A stretch of 58,751 nucleotides of DNA from a virus (taxonomy: Duplodnaviria > Caudoviricetes), in IMG/VR virus record IMGVR_UViG_3300030104_001141, positions 1 through 58,751 of that record; one strand, 5' to 3'. The notes beneath the pieces were generated by a model. That model searched no databases. It was not told where the DNA came from and saw nothing but the letters and a program-made list of their open reading frames with translations. Every line of letters begins with the position of its first letter. Position 1 is the stretch's first letter. Of the stretch, positions 36,834 through 46,679 are shown in pieces. Both the position numbers and the translations under genes were made by a program.

Positions 36834-37951
36834 TAATCACTCTGAGTTATAGTTATAACAGAATCACTACCACCATTTACTTTAATAACATTAGATATAC
36901 CATCTTGTATAAAAATTACTGTATATGCATTATTTCCATCTAAATCTAACTGCACAGATTCGCTTACACTTCTTCTTAAACTAACAACTTGTCCTGTTAT
37001 TATAGTTGTTATTTGTGTATCAGGGTCTTTACCTAATAATGTTCCTGATATTTGTGTACTTGTAGCTTGTGGTAGTTGGTCTTCTTCTTCAGCTATAGCC
37101 AATCCATCTAACACATTTAATAAATCTTCTAGGTAATTTACATCAAGATAATTTATATCTAACTCTGTAAACTCTAAACTATCTTCTTTTAAATAATCTT
37201 CTGCAAGATAGTCTACATCCAAGTCATTAAAATCAAGTACGCTATCTGTTTGTGTGCTTGTAGCTTCTTCTTCTATAACTACTTCTTCTTTAGGTGGCGT
37301 AACAATTAACATATTATCTATTACATCTAGCGTTAAATCTAAGATAACTGGTTTGCTTGGTGCTGATTCAAATACACTTACTGTAGTCGCTTCATAGGGC
37401 TTACTTAATAAAACTGTTCCCATAGCAGTAACTACTTCTATTTCGCCACTAGAAAGCCCTAGAGAGTCTGGTAGTAGTATTATAAGACTACGACCTAGTT
37501 CATCAACTGTAGCCGTAAAATCAGTCCCTCTAATCGCTATATTAGCTGTAGGTGTTTTAAGAGATATATTTTGTTTATCTATTTTATTAAGATTGCCTGT
37601 AATAAACCTTGCTGTACCAAGACCAAAAGTAAGAGCCATTTTTGCTTTAGATGGGTCAGGGTCATAAATATATTCATCAATAAGTAATTGTGAATGTTCA
37701 GTAAGCTTTACAATAGAATCATCAAGAAATGTAATAGCCATTCTTCCATTAGTAGTAATAGCTTCATCATTACTTTGTATAGCAAATTTTAATTCGGCAT
37801 CTAATGGTTTATCTCGTACTATTTGTGCTGAACCATTTAGTTCAGATATATCTCCAATATCAGCAGCTTGTGCTTGTACCTTGGTCGTTTTGAATGACAC
37901 AGACAGTAGAAGCAGCATTACCGCCAATTGATATAATTTTAAGCCAGTCAT
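36833..37951 (-). CDS. FecR-domain secreted protein
   Basis: Signal peptide; ITFLDDS.VKLTEHS; LKTPTANIAIRGTDF. Confidence 0.85.
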   Translation of the reverse strand: MTGLKLYQLAVMLLLLSVSFKTTKVQAQAADIGDISELNGSAQIVRDKPLDAELKFAIQSNDEAITTNGRMAITFLDDSIVKLTEHSQLLIDEYIYDPDPSKAKMALTFGLGTARFITGNLNKIDKQNISLKTPTANIAIRGTDFTATVDELGRSLIILLPDSLGLSSGEIEVVTAMGTVLLSKPYEATTVSVFESAPSKPVILDLTLDVIDNMLIVTPPKEEVVIEEEATSTQTDSVLDFNDLDVDYLAEDYLKEDSLEFTELDINYLDVNYLEDLLNVLDGLAIAEEEDQLPQATSTQISGTLLGKDPDTQITTIITGQVVSLRRSVSESVQLDLDGNNAYTVIFIQDGISNVIKVNGGSDSVITITQSD

Positions 37952-38591
37952 TATCTTGGGTGCTCAGTTGTTGTATGTTAAAAGTTCTTTGACCGCCTGT
38001 ATGGTCTAGCCAAAAATATCCACCTGCTGAAGCATTAACACCAGTACCTGTATAAGTTACTGTATTATCAGAACCATCTATATCCATATAGTTTGTTGCT
38101 CCATCAATATTTATATTTGATGTTACTGTGTTGCTAGAACCTTGAATAATCCAATCTAAATTTAAATTTGCTGCTATTGCTGTAGTACCTTGATTTAAGG
38201 TAAATGTATTACTACTACCTGTTACTGCTATATTTTGGTCAGAACCGGCAGAACTATATGTATTAGTTGGGTCTACTTGTATTGTAAAAGTATTTGTATC
38301 TCCAGTAAAATTATATAACCCTGTAAAAGTAGTAGCGTTTATATCACCTAAAAATTTATTGGTATTACCAATCATATTAATATCAAGTGTCATAGTAGCA
38401 CCATCTAAATCAAAAGCAGTTAAACTTCCTGCTGATGAATTAAGTCCACCAATAATATTAGATATACCTAGTTGTTCTAGGTCTATATTAGCTCCAGTAC
38501 CAGACTGGTCTACATAAATTTCGTTATCAGCCGCGTATATTGTCGATGCACTCAGCATCACAATCAGGCTTATTAATTTCAATTTCTTCAT
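37860..38591 (-). CDS. Curlin-like secreted repeat protein
   Basis: Signal peptide; DNEIYVDQSG...EQLG..N; repeated G..N beta-arch motifs; directly after csgG. Confidence 0.6.
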   Translation of the reverse strand: MKKLKLISLIVMLSASTIYAADNEIYVDQSGTGANIDLEQLGISNIIGGLNSSAGSLTAFDLDGATMTLDINMIGNTNKFLGDINATTFTGLYNFTGDTNTFTIQVDPTNTYSSAGSDQNIAVTGSSNTFTLNQGTTAIAANLNLDWIIQGSSNTVTSNINIDGATNYMDIDGSDNTVTYTGTGVNASAGGYFWLDHTGGQRTFNIQQLSTQDNDWLKIISIGGNAASTVCVIQNDQGTSTSC

Positions 38592-39399
38592 ATTTCCAAA
38601 AACTCCTGTCATAACCGACATTAATTATTTCTAATACAGCACTTTCAATAGCTTTTATTAATGCTATTGTTGTTGATTCATTTCTGGAATTACCCATTTC
38701 TATCTCAACAAGTTCTGTTCCTGCTTCTATAAAACGAAATACATCTTCTGATTTGCCATAACTAAATATAGTTTTTTCAGTCATTACTTCTATTAGTATC
38801 TCACCTGTGGCTACTGATACCATTCTTAAAGTTATTGTTACGCTATCTTCTCTATACTGAGCACTAGAACCAATACCTAAATATCTTGCTCCAACACCAC
38901 CTGTAGTTAGATTAGTTTCATAAGCTATAACAGCACCTTCAATCAAAACTCCTGCAAATAATAAAGGTCTTAATGCTTTCTTTTTTTCTTCATCTGATAA
39001 AGTTTGTTCTCTAGCAGACCTTATTAATTGTCTTTCTTTAGTAAGATTATCTAAACCTACTCTTTCAACTACTGTAAAAAACTCTCCATTACCTGCGTGT
39101 TTTAAAGCTCGTATAAGTAGTGCATTTGGTTGTTGTGTTATTGCAGTACTAAATAGTGCAAATTCACTATTGCTTTTTCTTTGACCTGTTTGGTCAGTAA
39201 AAGCTGTAGGATATACAGCTACTACAGGTTTTATTATTGGTTTTTTTACATTAGCTAATTCTTTAGATTGTAATTCAGATATATTTACAACATTATTTGC
39301 TTGAAATCTTTGTTCGTATGTATCTTCAAATTGATTAAATATAGAACAGCTAGAAAGTAAAAGTGCCAATAGGTATCGTAATTTCAGTAACTGTTCCAT
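38527..39399 (-). CDS. csgG: Curli secretion channel CsgG-like lipoprotein
   Basis: Lipobox LLSSC; FTDQTGQRK; FSTAITQ; VVERVGLDNLTKERQLIRS; GGVGARYLGIG. Confidence 0.92.
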   Translation of the reverse strand: MEQLLKLRYLLALLLSSCSIFNQFEDTYEQRFQANNVVNISELQSKELANVKKPIIKPVVAVYPTAFTDQTGQRKSNSEFALFSTAITQQPNALLIRALKHAGNGEFFTVVERVGLDNLTKERQLIRSAREQTLSDEEKKKALRPLLFAGVLIEGAVIAYETNLTTGGVGARYLGIGSSAQYREDSVTITLRMVSVATGEILIEVMTEKTIFSYGKSEDVFRFIEAGTELVEIEMGNSRNESTTIALIKAIESAVLEIINVGYDRSFWKYEEIEINKPDCDAECIDNIRG

Positions 39400-39850
39400 C
39401 TGCTTCCGTTATTTTAAGTGTTAAAGTTACACCATCGCTTGTATATTCTATAGTATTACCTTCTAAGGTTATTGTTCCTGAGCTTTGTGGTGTTTCGCCA
39501 AATAAGTTATTTACTAACTGTCTTGATAGTTCTGCATAAACTCTTGATTCTAAGTTACGCATAAATCTTGCAAGTGTAGAGTTTTCTTTTTCTCTTTCTA
39601 TTTCTTCTTGTAAGGCTTTGATTTCTTCTTTAATTGTAAGCTTACGACTAAACTCTTGATTTTCTATAGTTAGGTAGTGCGAAGATGTACCTACGCCATT
39701 AAAGCTAGGCGATTTAAATTTAAAAGTTATAGTATCTGCTTTAATATTTTGTACAAATATTCCTACAAACATAACTATTCCTATAACAGCAAGTATTTTA
39801 ATTATTGTATTTTTTTCTTTTTCAGAAGATTTAATCTTTTCTTTGGTCAT
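39350..39850 (-). CDS. csgF: Curli assembly protein CsgF-like
   Basis: FKFKSPSFNG; RFMRNLESRVYAELSRQLV; C-terminal TEITIP. Confidence 0.85.
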   Translation of the reverse strand: MTKEKIKSSEKEKNTIIKILAVIGIVMFVGIFVQNIKADTITFKFKSPSFNGVGTSSHYLTIENQEFSRKLTIKEEIKALQEEIEREKENSTLARFMRNLESRVYAELSRQLVNNLFGETPQSSGTITLEGNTIEYTSDGVTLTLKITEADGTVTEITIPIGTFTF

Positions 39851-40181
39851 CTCTATCCGCCTTTGCTAATCTATCGGTGTGCATTAGTTGTGGTACACCT
39901 AATATAGTTTTTAAAAGTGTGTCTTGTCTAATTATTTCATTATCTACAGAACGAACTCTATCTATAAGAGCAACCAAGATACCGTGTTGTGAGTCTAATT
40001 TTTGACCTAATCTTTGTTCTATTTCAGATATTTGTGCTGATACTTTCTCATCAAGTACATCTACCTTTGTTTCCATGCCGTCAATAATTTTATTAATAAG
40101 CTTCCAGATAAATAAACCAAGACCTATTGCTGCTGCTATAGGAAATCCTACTTCATTAATTAATTGAACTACTGAGTCCAT
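39831..40181 (-). CDS. Membrane-anchored coiled-coil protein
   Basis: INEVGFPIAAAIGLGLFIW TM segment followed by a coiled coil. Confidence 0.7.
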   Translation of the reverse strand: MDSVVQLINEVGFPIAAAIGLGLFIWKLINKIIDGMETKVDVLDEKVSAQISEIEQRLGQKLDSQHGILVALIDRVRSVDNEIIRQDTLLKTILGVPQLMHTDRLAKADRDDQRKD

Positions 40182-40186
40182 TTGAT

Positions 40187-40567
40187 TTAATAGTCACCCC
40201 AAACTTTGCTTTTAGTACCTCCGTGGTACTCAACTGCATGACCCTCGTCTATAAGCATTTGACAAATATCTTTACCATCTTCTGTGTAAGGTATTCCAAG
40301 TATGCGACCATATTTACCTTTACCTAAAGATTTAACTTTTAAATTGCCTACGCAAAGTTCTTTTAATCTTTCTTTAGCAGCAAGACCTAGTTTTTTTTCA
40401 GCTAAGTCTCTAGTACGACTTTCAGGAGTATCAATACCAGCAAGTCTTACACGCTGTTTATGTAGCTTTACATCAAAGCCTAAATCAAGACAACAATCAA
40501 ATGTATCTCCATCTACTATTCTTTCTAATGTGGCGTTATATACAAACGCATCAGGTGCTGTAGCCAT
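40187..40567 (-). CDS. SNase/thermonuclease-family nuclease
   Basis: IVDGDT; RVRLAGIDTPES; GKYGRILG. Confidence 0.9.
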   Translation of the reverse strand: MATAPDAFVYNATLERIVDGDTFDCCLDLGFDVKLHKQRVRLAGIDTPESRTRDLAEKKLGLAAKERLKELCVGNLKVKSLGKGKYGRILGIPYTEDGKDICQMLIDEGHAVEYHGGTKSKVWGDY

Positions 40568-40809
40568 TATCTTTTTTTTCCTTTATGTAATCCATGTCTT
40601 GCATGTTGTTTACCTTTTCTAGTAGCTGCTCTTTTTTTCTTATTAGCTGCTGCAAGTTTTTTTCTACCTTTAGGTGTTGATTTTAATTTTTTTATAGTGG
40701 CAGCAGGTGCGTATACTTCTCCTGTTTTAGAAGATTTTTTACCACTTGGAGTTGTCCACTTTTGTTTAGTCCATCGTTTAAGACTTTTTTGACTTTTTTT
40801 TAGAGCCAT
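40567..40809 (-). CDS. Small highly basic protein
   Basis: K/R-rich; SQKSLKRWTKQKW. Confidence 0.7.
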   Translation of the reverse strand: MALKKSQKSLKRWTKQKWTTPSGKKSSKTGEVYAPAATIKKLKSTPKGRKKLAAANKKKRAATRKGKQHARHGLHKGKKR

Positions 40810-41098
40810 GTTTCTTCCTTATTGATTCTTTACCTTTTTTAAATATACTAGCTACTTGAGTCTTACCCATTACTTTAGCTCTTTGTTCTCCTACAGTTAA
40901 TATTTGTATCTTTCTTGCAAAAGGTTTATTAACTTTTTTTACTTTTGCTACAGTAGCTCTTGCATCTGTTGGAGTTTTAAATTTAATACTAACAGTATCT
41001 TTAGGATTTTCGTCTGTATATAATCTACGACCACTGCCTTTAGGTTTTTTACCTGTACCTACTTTAGGGTCTTTTTTTTTAGTTTTATTATTCTTCAT
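40778..41098 (-). CDS. Small highly basic protein
   Basis: GTGKKPKGSGRRLYTDENPKDTV. Confidence 0.7.
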   Translation of the reverse strand: MKNNKTKKKDPKVGTGKKPKGSGRRLYTDENPKDTVSIKFKTPTDARATVAKVKKVNKPFARKIQILTVGEQRAKVMGKTQVASIFKKGKESIRKKHGSKKKSKKS

Positions 41099-41762
41099 AT
41101 AAATTATTAAATGTTATATCAGGGTCCATGTAACTTTCATGTTCTTCTGCTGAATGTAAATATTGAGAAGGTTTAAAATCTGGTGGACCTTCACCTGTTA
41201 CCCATAAAGCAGGATTTGTAACTCTAACTCTATTATTAGGTAAAGCTATTACATTACCTTTCCATTTACAATCTTCTGTAATATACATAACATGAGATTG
41301 TTTATGTTGTGCCGGACAATCTGCTATAGAGTTATCTGTATAATCTACTGTAAATAAATATTTTGATTTATAAAAAGCACCATCTATTTTTGCTATCCAA
41401 GGACTAGAACTTGCTCTATCTAATATCATTGTGGAATGATGTCTTGATTCACAATCCCAAGGTTGAGCTAAATGATTTTCCATTGGCTCTGGAAAATTAT
41501 TCATTGTAATATCTGATACTAATGCTTGTATTGGCATTCTTGCCCACATAGCTCCACCATGTACATTAGGTATTTCTTCTTCATATAAGTCAGCTTCACA
41601 TCCTGTAAATACTACTTGAAATGATAAAGACCTATCAGGAATTGTATTAACTGCTATGGCTATAGCATGAAGAAATTCTCCATGATATTGTTCGTGATTA
41701 GCAGTAAATTCTTTACGAACCCAGCATTTAAAATGAGGTATATTATCTATAAGATAAGACAC
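41088..41762 (-). CDS. Hypothetical phage protein
   Basis: NVHGGAMWARMPIQAL; QPWDC; LPNNRVR. Confidence 0.75.
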   Translation of the reverse strand: MSYLIDNIPHFKCWVRKEFTANHEQYHGEFLHAIAIAVNTIPDRSLSFQVVFTGCEADLYEEEIPNVHGGAMWARMPIQALVSDITMNNFPEPMENHLAQPWDCESRHHSTMILDRASSSPWIAKIDGAFYKSKYLFTVDYTDNSIADCPAQHKQSHVMYITEDCKWKGNVIALPNNRVRVTNPALWVTGEGPPDFKPSQYLHSAEEHESYMDPDITFNNLYEE

Positions 41763-42061
41763 TATTTATATCCACCACCAGCTTTTTTATAAGCTTTAGC
41801 TAACATTTGTGCTTTACGAGCAGACCATTGTCCGGGTCTGCCACCTTTCCCACCAGCTTTTATTCTATTAAATATACGCTTACGCATAGTAGGTTTTGTA
41901 TAATTACCTGCTTTATTTACTGTGCTTTTCTTTTTAGATGTACTTCCACCTTTTTTAAGTTTTAAAGATTTTAAAGTTTTTGCTTGTGAAGCATGTAATT
42001 TACTTGCTTTTTTTAAACCTTTAATTACTTTATTTACTAATGCTTTATTTTTTTTAATCAT
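41762..42061 (-). CDS. Small highly basic protein
   Basis: NYTKPTMRK...GQWSARKAQMLAKAYKKAGGGYK. Confidence 0.7.
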   Translation of the reverse strand: MIKKNKALVNKVIKGLKKASKLHASQAKTLKSLKLKKGGSTSKKKSTVNKAGNYTKPTMRKRIFNRIKAGGKGGRPGQWSARKAQMLAKAYKKAGGGYK

Positions 42062-42243
42062 TATACAAACCTTGCTAAAAATACTACTGCAACAATAAAA
42101 GGATAAACTGCCCAAAGCATATTATCTAATTTATCAAAACGCTTAGAACCATCTTCTAACCTTTTATCAATACTTTTATATATAGCTTTACATTCTCTTT
42201 CGTGAGATTCAATAGCATTTAAAGCATCTTTAACTGTTGCCAT
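42061..42243 (-). CDS. Small membrane protein
   Basis: HEREC coiled coil plus C-terminal TM. Confidence 0.65.
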   Translation of the reverse strand: MATVKDALNAIESHERECKAIYKSIDKRLEDGSKRFDKLDNMLWAVYPFIVAVVFLARFV

Positions 42244-42419
42244 TAGTCTATATTATTTGTAGTAACTTTAACTTTCTTAACTCTTTTAGTTGTATAAGCT
42301 TCATTTACTTTTGGTGTTGATTTGTCATCAGCAACATAATGTCCTTTTTTGTTTCTAGCTCTTACTTTAACTTCTTCTGTACCAGTAAGATTATTCCAAA
42401 ATCTTTTTAAAAAACTCAT
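42243..42419 (-). CDS. Small protein (58 aa, not in the ORF track)
   Basis: MSFLKRFW...RARNKKGHYVADDKSTPKVNEAY; fills an operon gap. Confidence 0.6.
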   Translation of the reverse strand: MSFLKRFWNNLTGTEEVKVRARNKKGHYVADDKSTPKVNEAYTTKRVKKVKVTTNNID

Positions 42420-42420
42420 T

Positions 42421-42582
42421 TTACTTATCCTTAGCTTTTAAAACATTTAAAGCACACCAGTCAATAACTTTATAAATTGGTTTAAACCAATGATTATCTT
42501 TAGGAGTGGGTGTAATTGCTGCTATAACAGAAGCTATAGAAATAATAGCTGTAATCCACATTAATATATTAAGTATTGTCAT
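42421..42582 (-). CDS. Small membrane protein (53 aa, not in the ORF track)
   Basis: MTILNILMWITAIISIASVIAAITPTPKD; AGGAG SD. Confidence 0.65.
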   Translation of the reverse strand: MTILNILMWITAIISIASVIAAITPTPKDNHWFKPIYKVIDWCALNVLKAKDK

Positions 42583-42593
42583 TTTTATTCTCC

Positions 42594-42842
42594 TTAATTT
42601 TCTAGGGTTTTCATTTCTGTTTCTAAAACTTCATCTGCTTGTTCTTTTGTAGAATCAATAAATGCTTTTTCAAAAACGCTTTTACTAGCTTGAACTTGGT
42701 CTAGTTGAAATTTTATTCGTGATTCTTGATTACTTAAATCAAGTAGTTGTGAATGTAAGTATTGTTGTTGTGATGTTAAATCAGAAACTTTCATTTCTTT
42801 GTCATTTAACATTACTAAATGTTCTTGTTTTTCTTTACTCAT
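42594..42842 (-). CDS. Small coiled-coil protein
   Basis: AGGAG SD; downstream of the tail fibre genes. Confidence 0.65.
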   Translation of the reverse strand: MSKEKQEHLVMLNDKEMKVSDLTSQQQYLHSQLLDLSNQESRIKFQLDQVQASKSVFEKAFIDSTKEQADEVLETEMKTLEN

Positions 42843-42862
42843 TTTCTCTCCTTTTTTTATAT

Positions 42863-43210
42863 CTAAGAACTTAATGTTTTTAATACAGATGTTGGTGAAA
42901 CTTTATCAGCTATTTCTTTATCTAATGTTGTTTTTAATTCAGTTACTCTAGTACTACCCATAGCTGTTTCTACCCAACTTTGTACATCATTACTTGTAAG
43001 ACTAGACCAATTTGTAAAATTAGATAAATCAGATGTATCTAATGGTGTAGAGCCATAGCAACTAGCTTTTTGTGGATTACCATTTGAATCATTATTACTA
43101 TCATCAGTAGCCGTAAGTGTCCAATGCACCTCAAAAACTACATTTGACTTACCACTTTTTGATGGATATGTTTCACAATTTTTACAATCCCATTCGTAAG
43201 ATATTGCCAT
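42863..43210 (-). CDS. Tail-fibre-associated protein
   Basis: YEW...VHW...YGS...LT...V.SWV; immediately follows the fibre gene. Confidence 0.6.
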   Translation of the reverse strand: MAISYEWDCKNCETYPSKSGKSNVVFEVHWTLTATDDSNNDSNGNPQKASCYGSTPLDTSDLSNFTNWSSLTSNDVQSWVETAMGSTRVTELKTTLDKEIADKVSPTSVLKTLSS

Positions 43211-43212
43211 AT

Positions 43213-45261
43213 TTATTCTCCTTTTAAGGTTTGTATTTCAGTTTTTAATTCATCTACTGTTTCAGAAAGTTCTTGTACTGCTTTAATTAAATAAGGTGTG
43301 AGTTTTCCGTAATCAACACCCCAATTCATTTTGTGTTCATCACTACCTTCAATAACAACATTTGGTATTACTTTATGTAATTCTTGTGCAATCATACCAA
43401 CTTCGTGATGATTATTTTGTTTCCAGTCAAACTCTCTTACTTTTACATCTTTTATTACATTTAATTGAGAAGAGGCATCAACAATATTTTTCTTTAGTCT
43501 TTCATCAGAAGTTGTGTTAAAAGCTACAGAAGTTCCACTTGCTGCTGATATAGAACCAATATTATGGTTACCATCACTAAATTGTGCAAACTTACCATTT
43601 GTTGCATCTTGGTCTACTGTAAATGTTAATTGTAAAATTACATTTCCTGTACTAACAGAAACATCTGGGTCATAAAAAGCTGCTACACCACCACTTAAAC
43701 TATTACCTGCTGCTTGTAAAACAGTTTCACCTCCAACTGGACTTGTAAAACTTGAACCTATTAATAGTTGCCCACCCGCAGTAATTCTGGCTCTTTCTGT
43801 AAATCCTGTTCCTGTAGTAAAAAGTTGTGTACCTGCTTCTAAAGTAATTCGTGCTAAAGAATCTGTTGCACTATAATGATTTCTTATAAATAAAGTTGTG
43901 TTACCACTATTATCGTGATGCACAATACTGTTTTGTAATCTTACTTGACAATCATCTCCGTCTAAATGGACTACATGACCACTACCAGTTCTTCCTAAAT
44001 GTGCGGGTGTAATTCCAACTCCAACATCTTGATTGAATATTGCTGTACCTGCCTCCGACATATCAAGGGTAAGAGCAGTAATTGTAGAACCACCATCATT
44101 TCCTTTAAATAACATATCTTTATCTGAAACCATAGAACGAACTGTAAAATCAGTGCTTTCATTTCTTAACATACCAATATCAGCACCATCATCTCTAATA
44201 CGAATTATTCCACTATCTGCGTCTAAATGAATTTCATCTTGTGCATCTAATGTTAAAGTTCCACTTGATAAATCTATTTCTGTTCCGTCAATAGTTATAT
44301 TGTCTATAGATACACCTGCATCTGCTGTTACAGCACCTGTAACACCTAAAGTTCCAGATATATCTGCATTACCATTTATATCAATAGTAGTAGCATTAAG
44401 TTCCAATTCAGTATCAGATACTAAATCTAATACTCCGTCTGCTGATTGATGTATGTAAGTTCCAGAATCACCAAACTGTAATTGTCTAGTGCTGTTTAAT
44501 AAAATACCTGTATCTGCAACATGAGTAAGAGTAGTGTCTTGGTCATCACCTAAATTAATAACGGCTGCATCTGCTAAAAATAAATCACTAAATTCTAAAG
44601 AACTTGTACCTAATGCAGCACCATCAGAAGCATCTGGTACAAAAGCTGTAGTTGCAGTAATTGTTGTACCTTCTATTGTAGATGTTGAAGTTAATGCAGC
44701 ACTTGCAGCTATAGTTGAACCAAAAGTAACACCACCACCATCAGCTATGGTTATGGCATCATCTCCATCAGTATATTCTATTAGGGGGGTTTGAATTGAA
44801 GAACTGGTTTCAATAATGCCACTTGTTTGTAAATTTAAAGTAGCAAAAGCATCTACCATAGCTCCGCCAGAACCAGCACCATCAGAATAAATTGCTTTAG
44901 TTTTACCTGAAGGTATAGTAACTGTAGCTCCACTACCTTGTTTAATTATAATAGATTGAGAACCACTTGTTCCATTTTCTATAATCCATAGTTTAGATAC
45001 TGTATTTGGTCCTATAGTAATAGTACAAGTAGAATCTAATGTACCTGTATATTTTAAGAACATAGACCTACCGGGGTCTGTTGCTCCATCTGCTATTGTG
45101 GTTGTGTGAGTATCAGCATTAGTTGTAATAGCTTCTGTGCCATAACTAAAAGCCTCTGCTATTAATTCAAGATTAGTATTTGTAGTTGTACCCCATGTTC
45201 CACTAGCATCACCAGTAGCCATTTCGTTTAATCTTAAATCATTTACATATGTACTTGCCAT
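43213..45261 (-). CDS. Tail fibre with C-terminal intramolecular chaperone (peptidase S74)
   Basis: T/G/D-rich shaft; TSDERLKKNI...GMIAQEL...VDYGKLTPYLIKAVQEL. Confidence 0.88.
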   Translation of the reverse strand: MASTYVNDLRLNEMATGDASGTWGTTTNTNLELIAEAFSYGTEAITTNADTHTTTIADGATDPGRSMFLKYTGTLDSTCTITIGPNTVSKLWIIENGTSGSQSIIIKQGSGATVTIPSGKTKAIYSDGAGSGGAMVDAFATLNLQTSGIIETSSSIQTPLIEYTDGDDAITIADGGGVTFGSTIAASAALTSTSTIEGTTITATTAFVPDASDGAALGTSSLEFSDLFLADAAVINLGDDQDTTLTHVADTGILLNSTRQLQFGDSGTYIHQSADGVLDLVSDTELELNATTIDINGNADISGTLGVTGAVTADAGVSIDNITIDGTEIDLSSGTLTLDAQDEIHLDADSGIIRIRDDGADIGMLRNESTDFTVRSMVSDKDMLFKGNDGGSTITALTLDMSEAGTAIFNQDVGVGITPAHLGRTGSGHVVHLDGDDCQVRLQNSIVHHDNSGNTTLFIRNHYSATDSLARITLEAGTQLFTTGTGFTERARITAGGQLLIGSSFTSPVGGETVLQAAGNSLSGGVAAFYDPDVSVSTGNVILQLTFTVDQDATNGKFAQFSDGNHNIGSISAASGTSVAFNTTSDERLKKNIVDASSQLNVIKDVKVREFDWKQNNHHEVGMIAQELHKVIPNVVIEGSDEHKMNWGVDYGKLTPYLIKAVQELSETVDELKTEIQTLKGE

Positions 45262-45294
45262 ATTTTATTCCTCGTAAAAATTATAATATATTTT

Positions 45295-45954
45295 CTATGC
45301 AACTTCACTCCAATCTGGAGTTTGTGAAGTAGAAACTTCTGTGTAATTTGGTGTTTGAGAAGTGTCAACTAAACCCCAAACATTTACTCCTGTAATTCCT
45401 CCTGTAGCATTTACACCTGTTACTTCAATGAGTGCTTTAGCTATAACAGTTTCATTACCTAAAGCTGTTGTTCCTGATAAACCTGTTATTGAAAGTATAT
45501 TATTAGTAACTAAACTTATACTTCCTAATCCGCTTGTTCCAGATACTCCAGTTGGAGATACTGTTGCACCTGCTGATACAGATTCATCACCAAGAGTACC
45601 TACTGATGCTGAACCAGAAACTCCTGTAACTGCTGCACCTGCTGTTATAGCATTACCTAGTGCGGATGTTCCTGCGTTACCTGAAGCGGAAATGTTAGCT
45701 TCAGCAGCAACAATTTCACTACCTAACGCAGATGTTCCTGCATTGCCTGTAGCTGATATATTAGCCGTACCAGTAACAGTTTCGCTGCCTAATGCAGATG
45801 TAGCACTAACTCCAGTTACACTAACTAAAGCTTTAGCTATTACTGTTTCGCTACCAAGTGCAGAAGTACCTGCAACTCCTGTTACACTTACTGTAGTTAC
45901 TGCGGGTTGACCCCAAGGACCAATTCCCCAACCAGAACGACCCCAACCTGCCAT
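45295..45954 (-). CDS. Repetitive virion structural protein
   Basis: About 23-aa repeats TG..GTSALG.ETV. Confidence 0.65.
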   Translation of the reverse strand: MAGWGRSGWGIGPWGQPAVTTVSVTGVAGTSALGSETVIAKALVSVTGVSATSALGSETVTGTANISATGNAGTSALGSEIVAAEANISASGNAGTSALGNAITAGAAVTGVSGSASVGTLGDESVSAGATVSPTGVSGTSGLGSISLVTNNILSITGLSGTTALGNETVIAKALIEVTGVNATGGITGVNVWGLVDTSQTPNYTEVSTSQTPDWSEVA

Positions 45955-45957
45955 TTA

Positions 45958-46389
45958 TTAAGCTATTCTTATAATAGCGTTTGAAGCATCTGCTGTTGGA
46001 AATTGAATAGTAAAATCTCCTGCTGTAGAAGTTTTATCTCCACCAAAAGCAAGAATACAAACAGCAGGGTCTCCTGATGCACTATCATTAAATATCATTG
46101 CTCCATTAGCAGTTATAGTAGCTGTACTAAATGTTAAATCAGCAAAATCTGTTAATGCTGTTGTACCTGATGTTGAAGGGTCAACTCTTGTTAGAGTTCC
46201 ACCTTTAGCTGTATAGTTAGTACCGCTAACTTCATTAGAAGTTGTATATGCAGTTGTCCCTGCACCTAAAGATGCTGAACTTGTATATAGTGCTAATTGA
46301 AAAGTACTACCACCACTATTTTTAAAATTATGTACTCCTTCTAATAATTCTTGTTTAAATGAAGTACACATTGCTTGTGAAATTGCCAT
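45958..46389 (-). CDS. Virion structural protein
   Basis: MCTSFKQELL; FQLALYTS; FGGDKTST.G.FTIQFP. Confidence 0.65.
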   Translation of the reverse strand: MAISQAMCTSFKQELLEGVHNFKNSGGSTFQLALYTSSASLGAGTTAYTTSNEVSGTNYTAKGGTLTRVDPSTSGTTALTDFADLTFSTATITANGAMIFNDSASGDPAVCILAFGGDKTSTAGDFTIQFPTADASNAIIRIA

Positions 46390-46679
46390 TAAAGTCTCCT
46401 TATAATATCAGCCATATCTTTATGACCTTGTTTTTGTAATAATCCTGCTACAGTAGCTCTATCACTAGCTATAGCTTGTTTTAAATATAATAAAACAACT
46501 TGTGTCATACTATCTTTAAATGCTTGTGCTTGTGCTTTTACTTCAGGCTCTGCATTGTCGCTAATACTAATAAGTCTTTCTATTATTCTTTGAGTCCAAT
46601 ATTCTGGACTTAAACCTTTATTGTTAGTGGTTTTAACTGATATATCACCAACATTACTTGTTACATCTAAACTAAACAT
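46389..46679 (-). CDS. Hypothetical protein
   Basis: Operon-packed ORF. Confidence 0.65.
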   Translation of the reverse strand: MFSLDVTSNVGDISVKTTNNKGLSPEYWTQRIIERLISISDNAEPEVKAQAQAFKDSMTQVVLLYLKQAIASDRATVAGLLQKQGHKDMADIIRRL

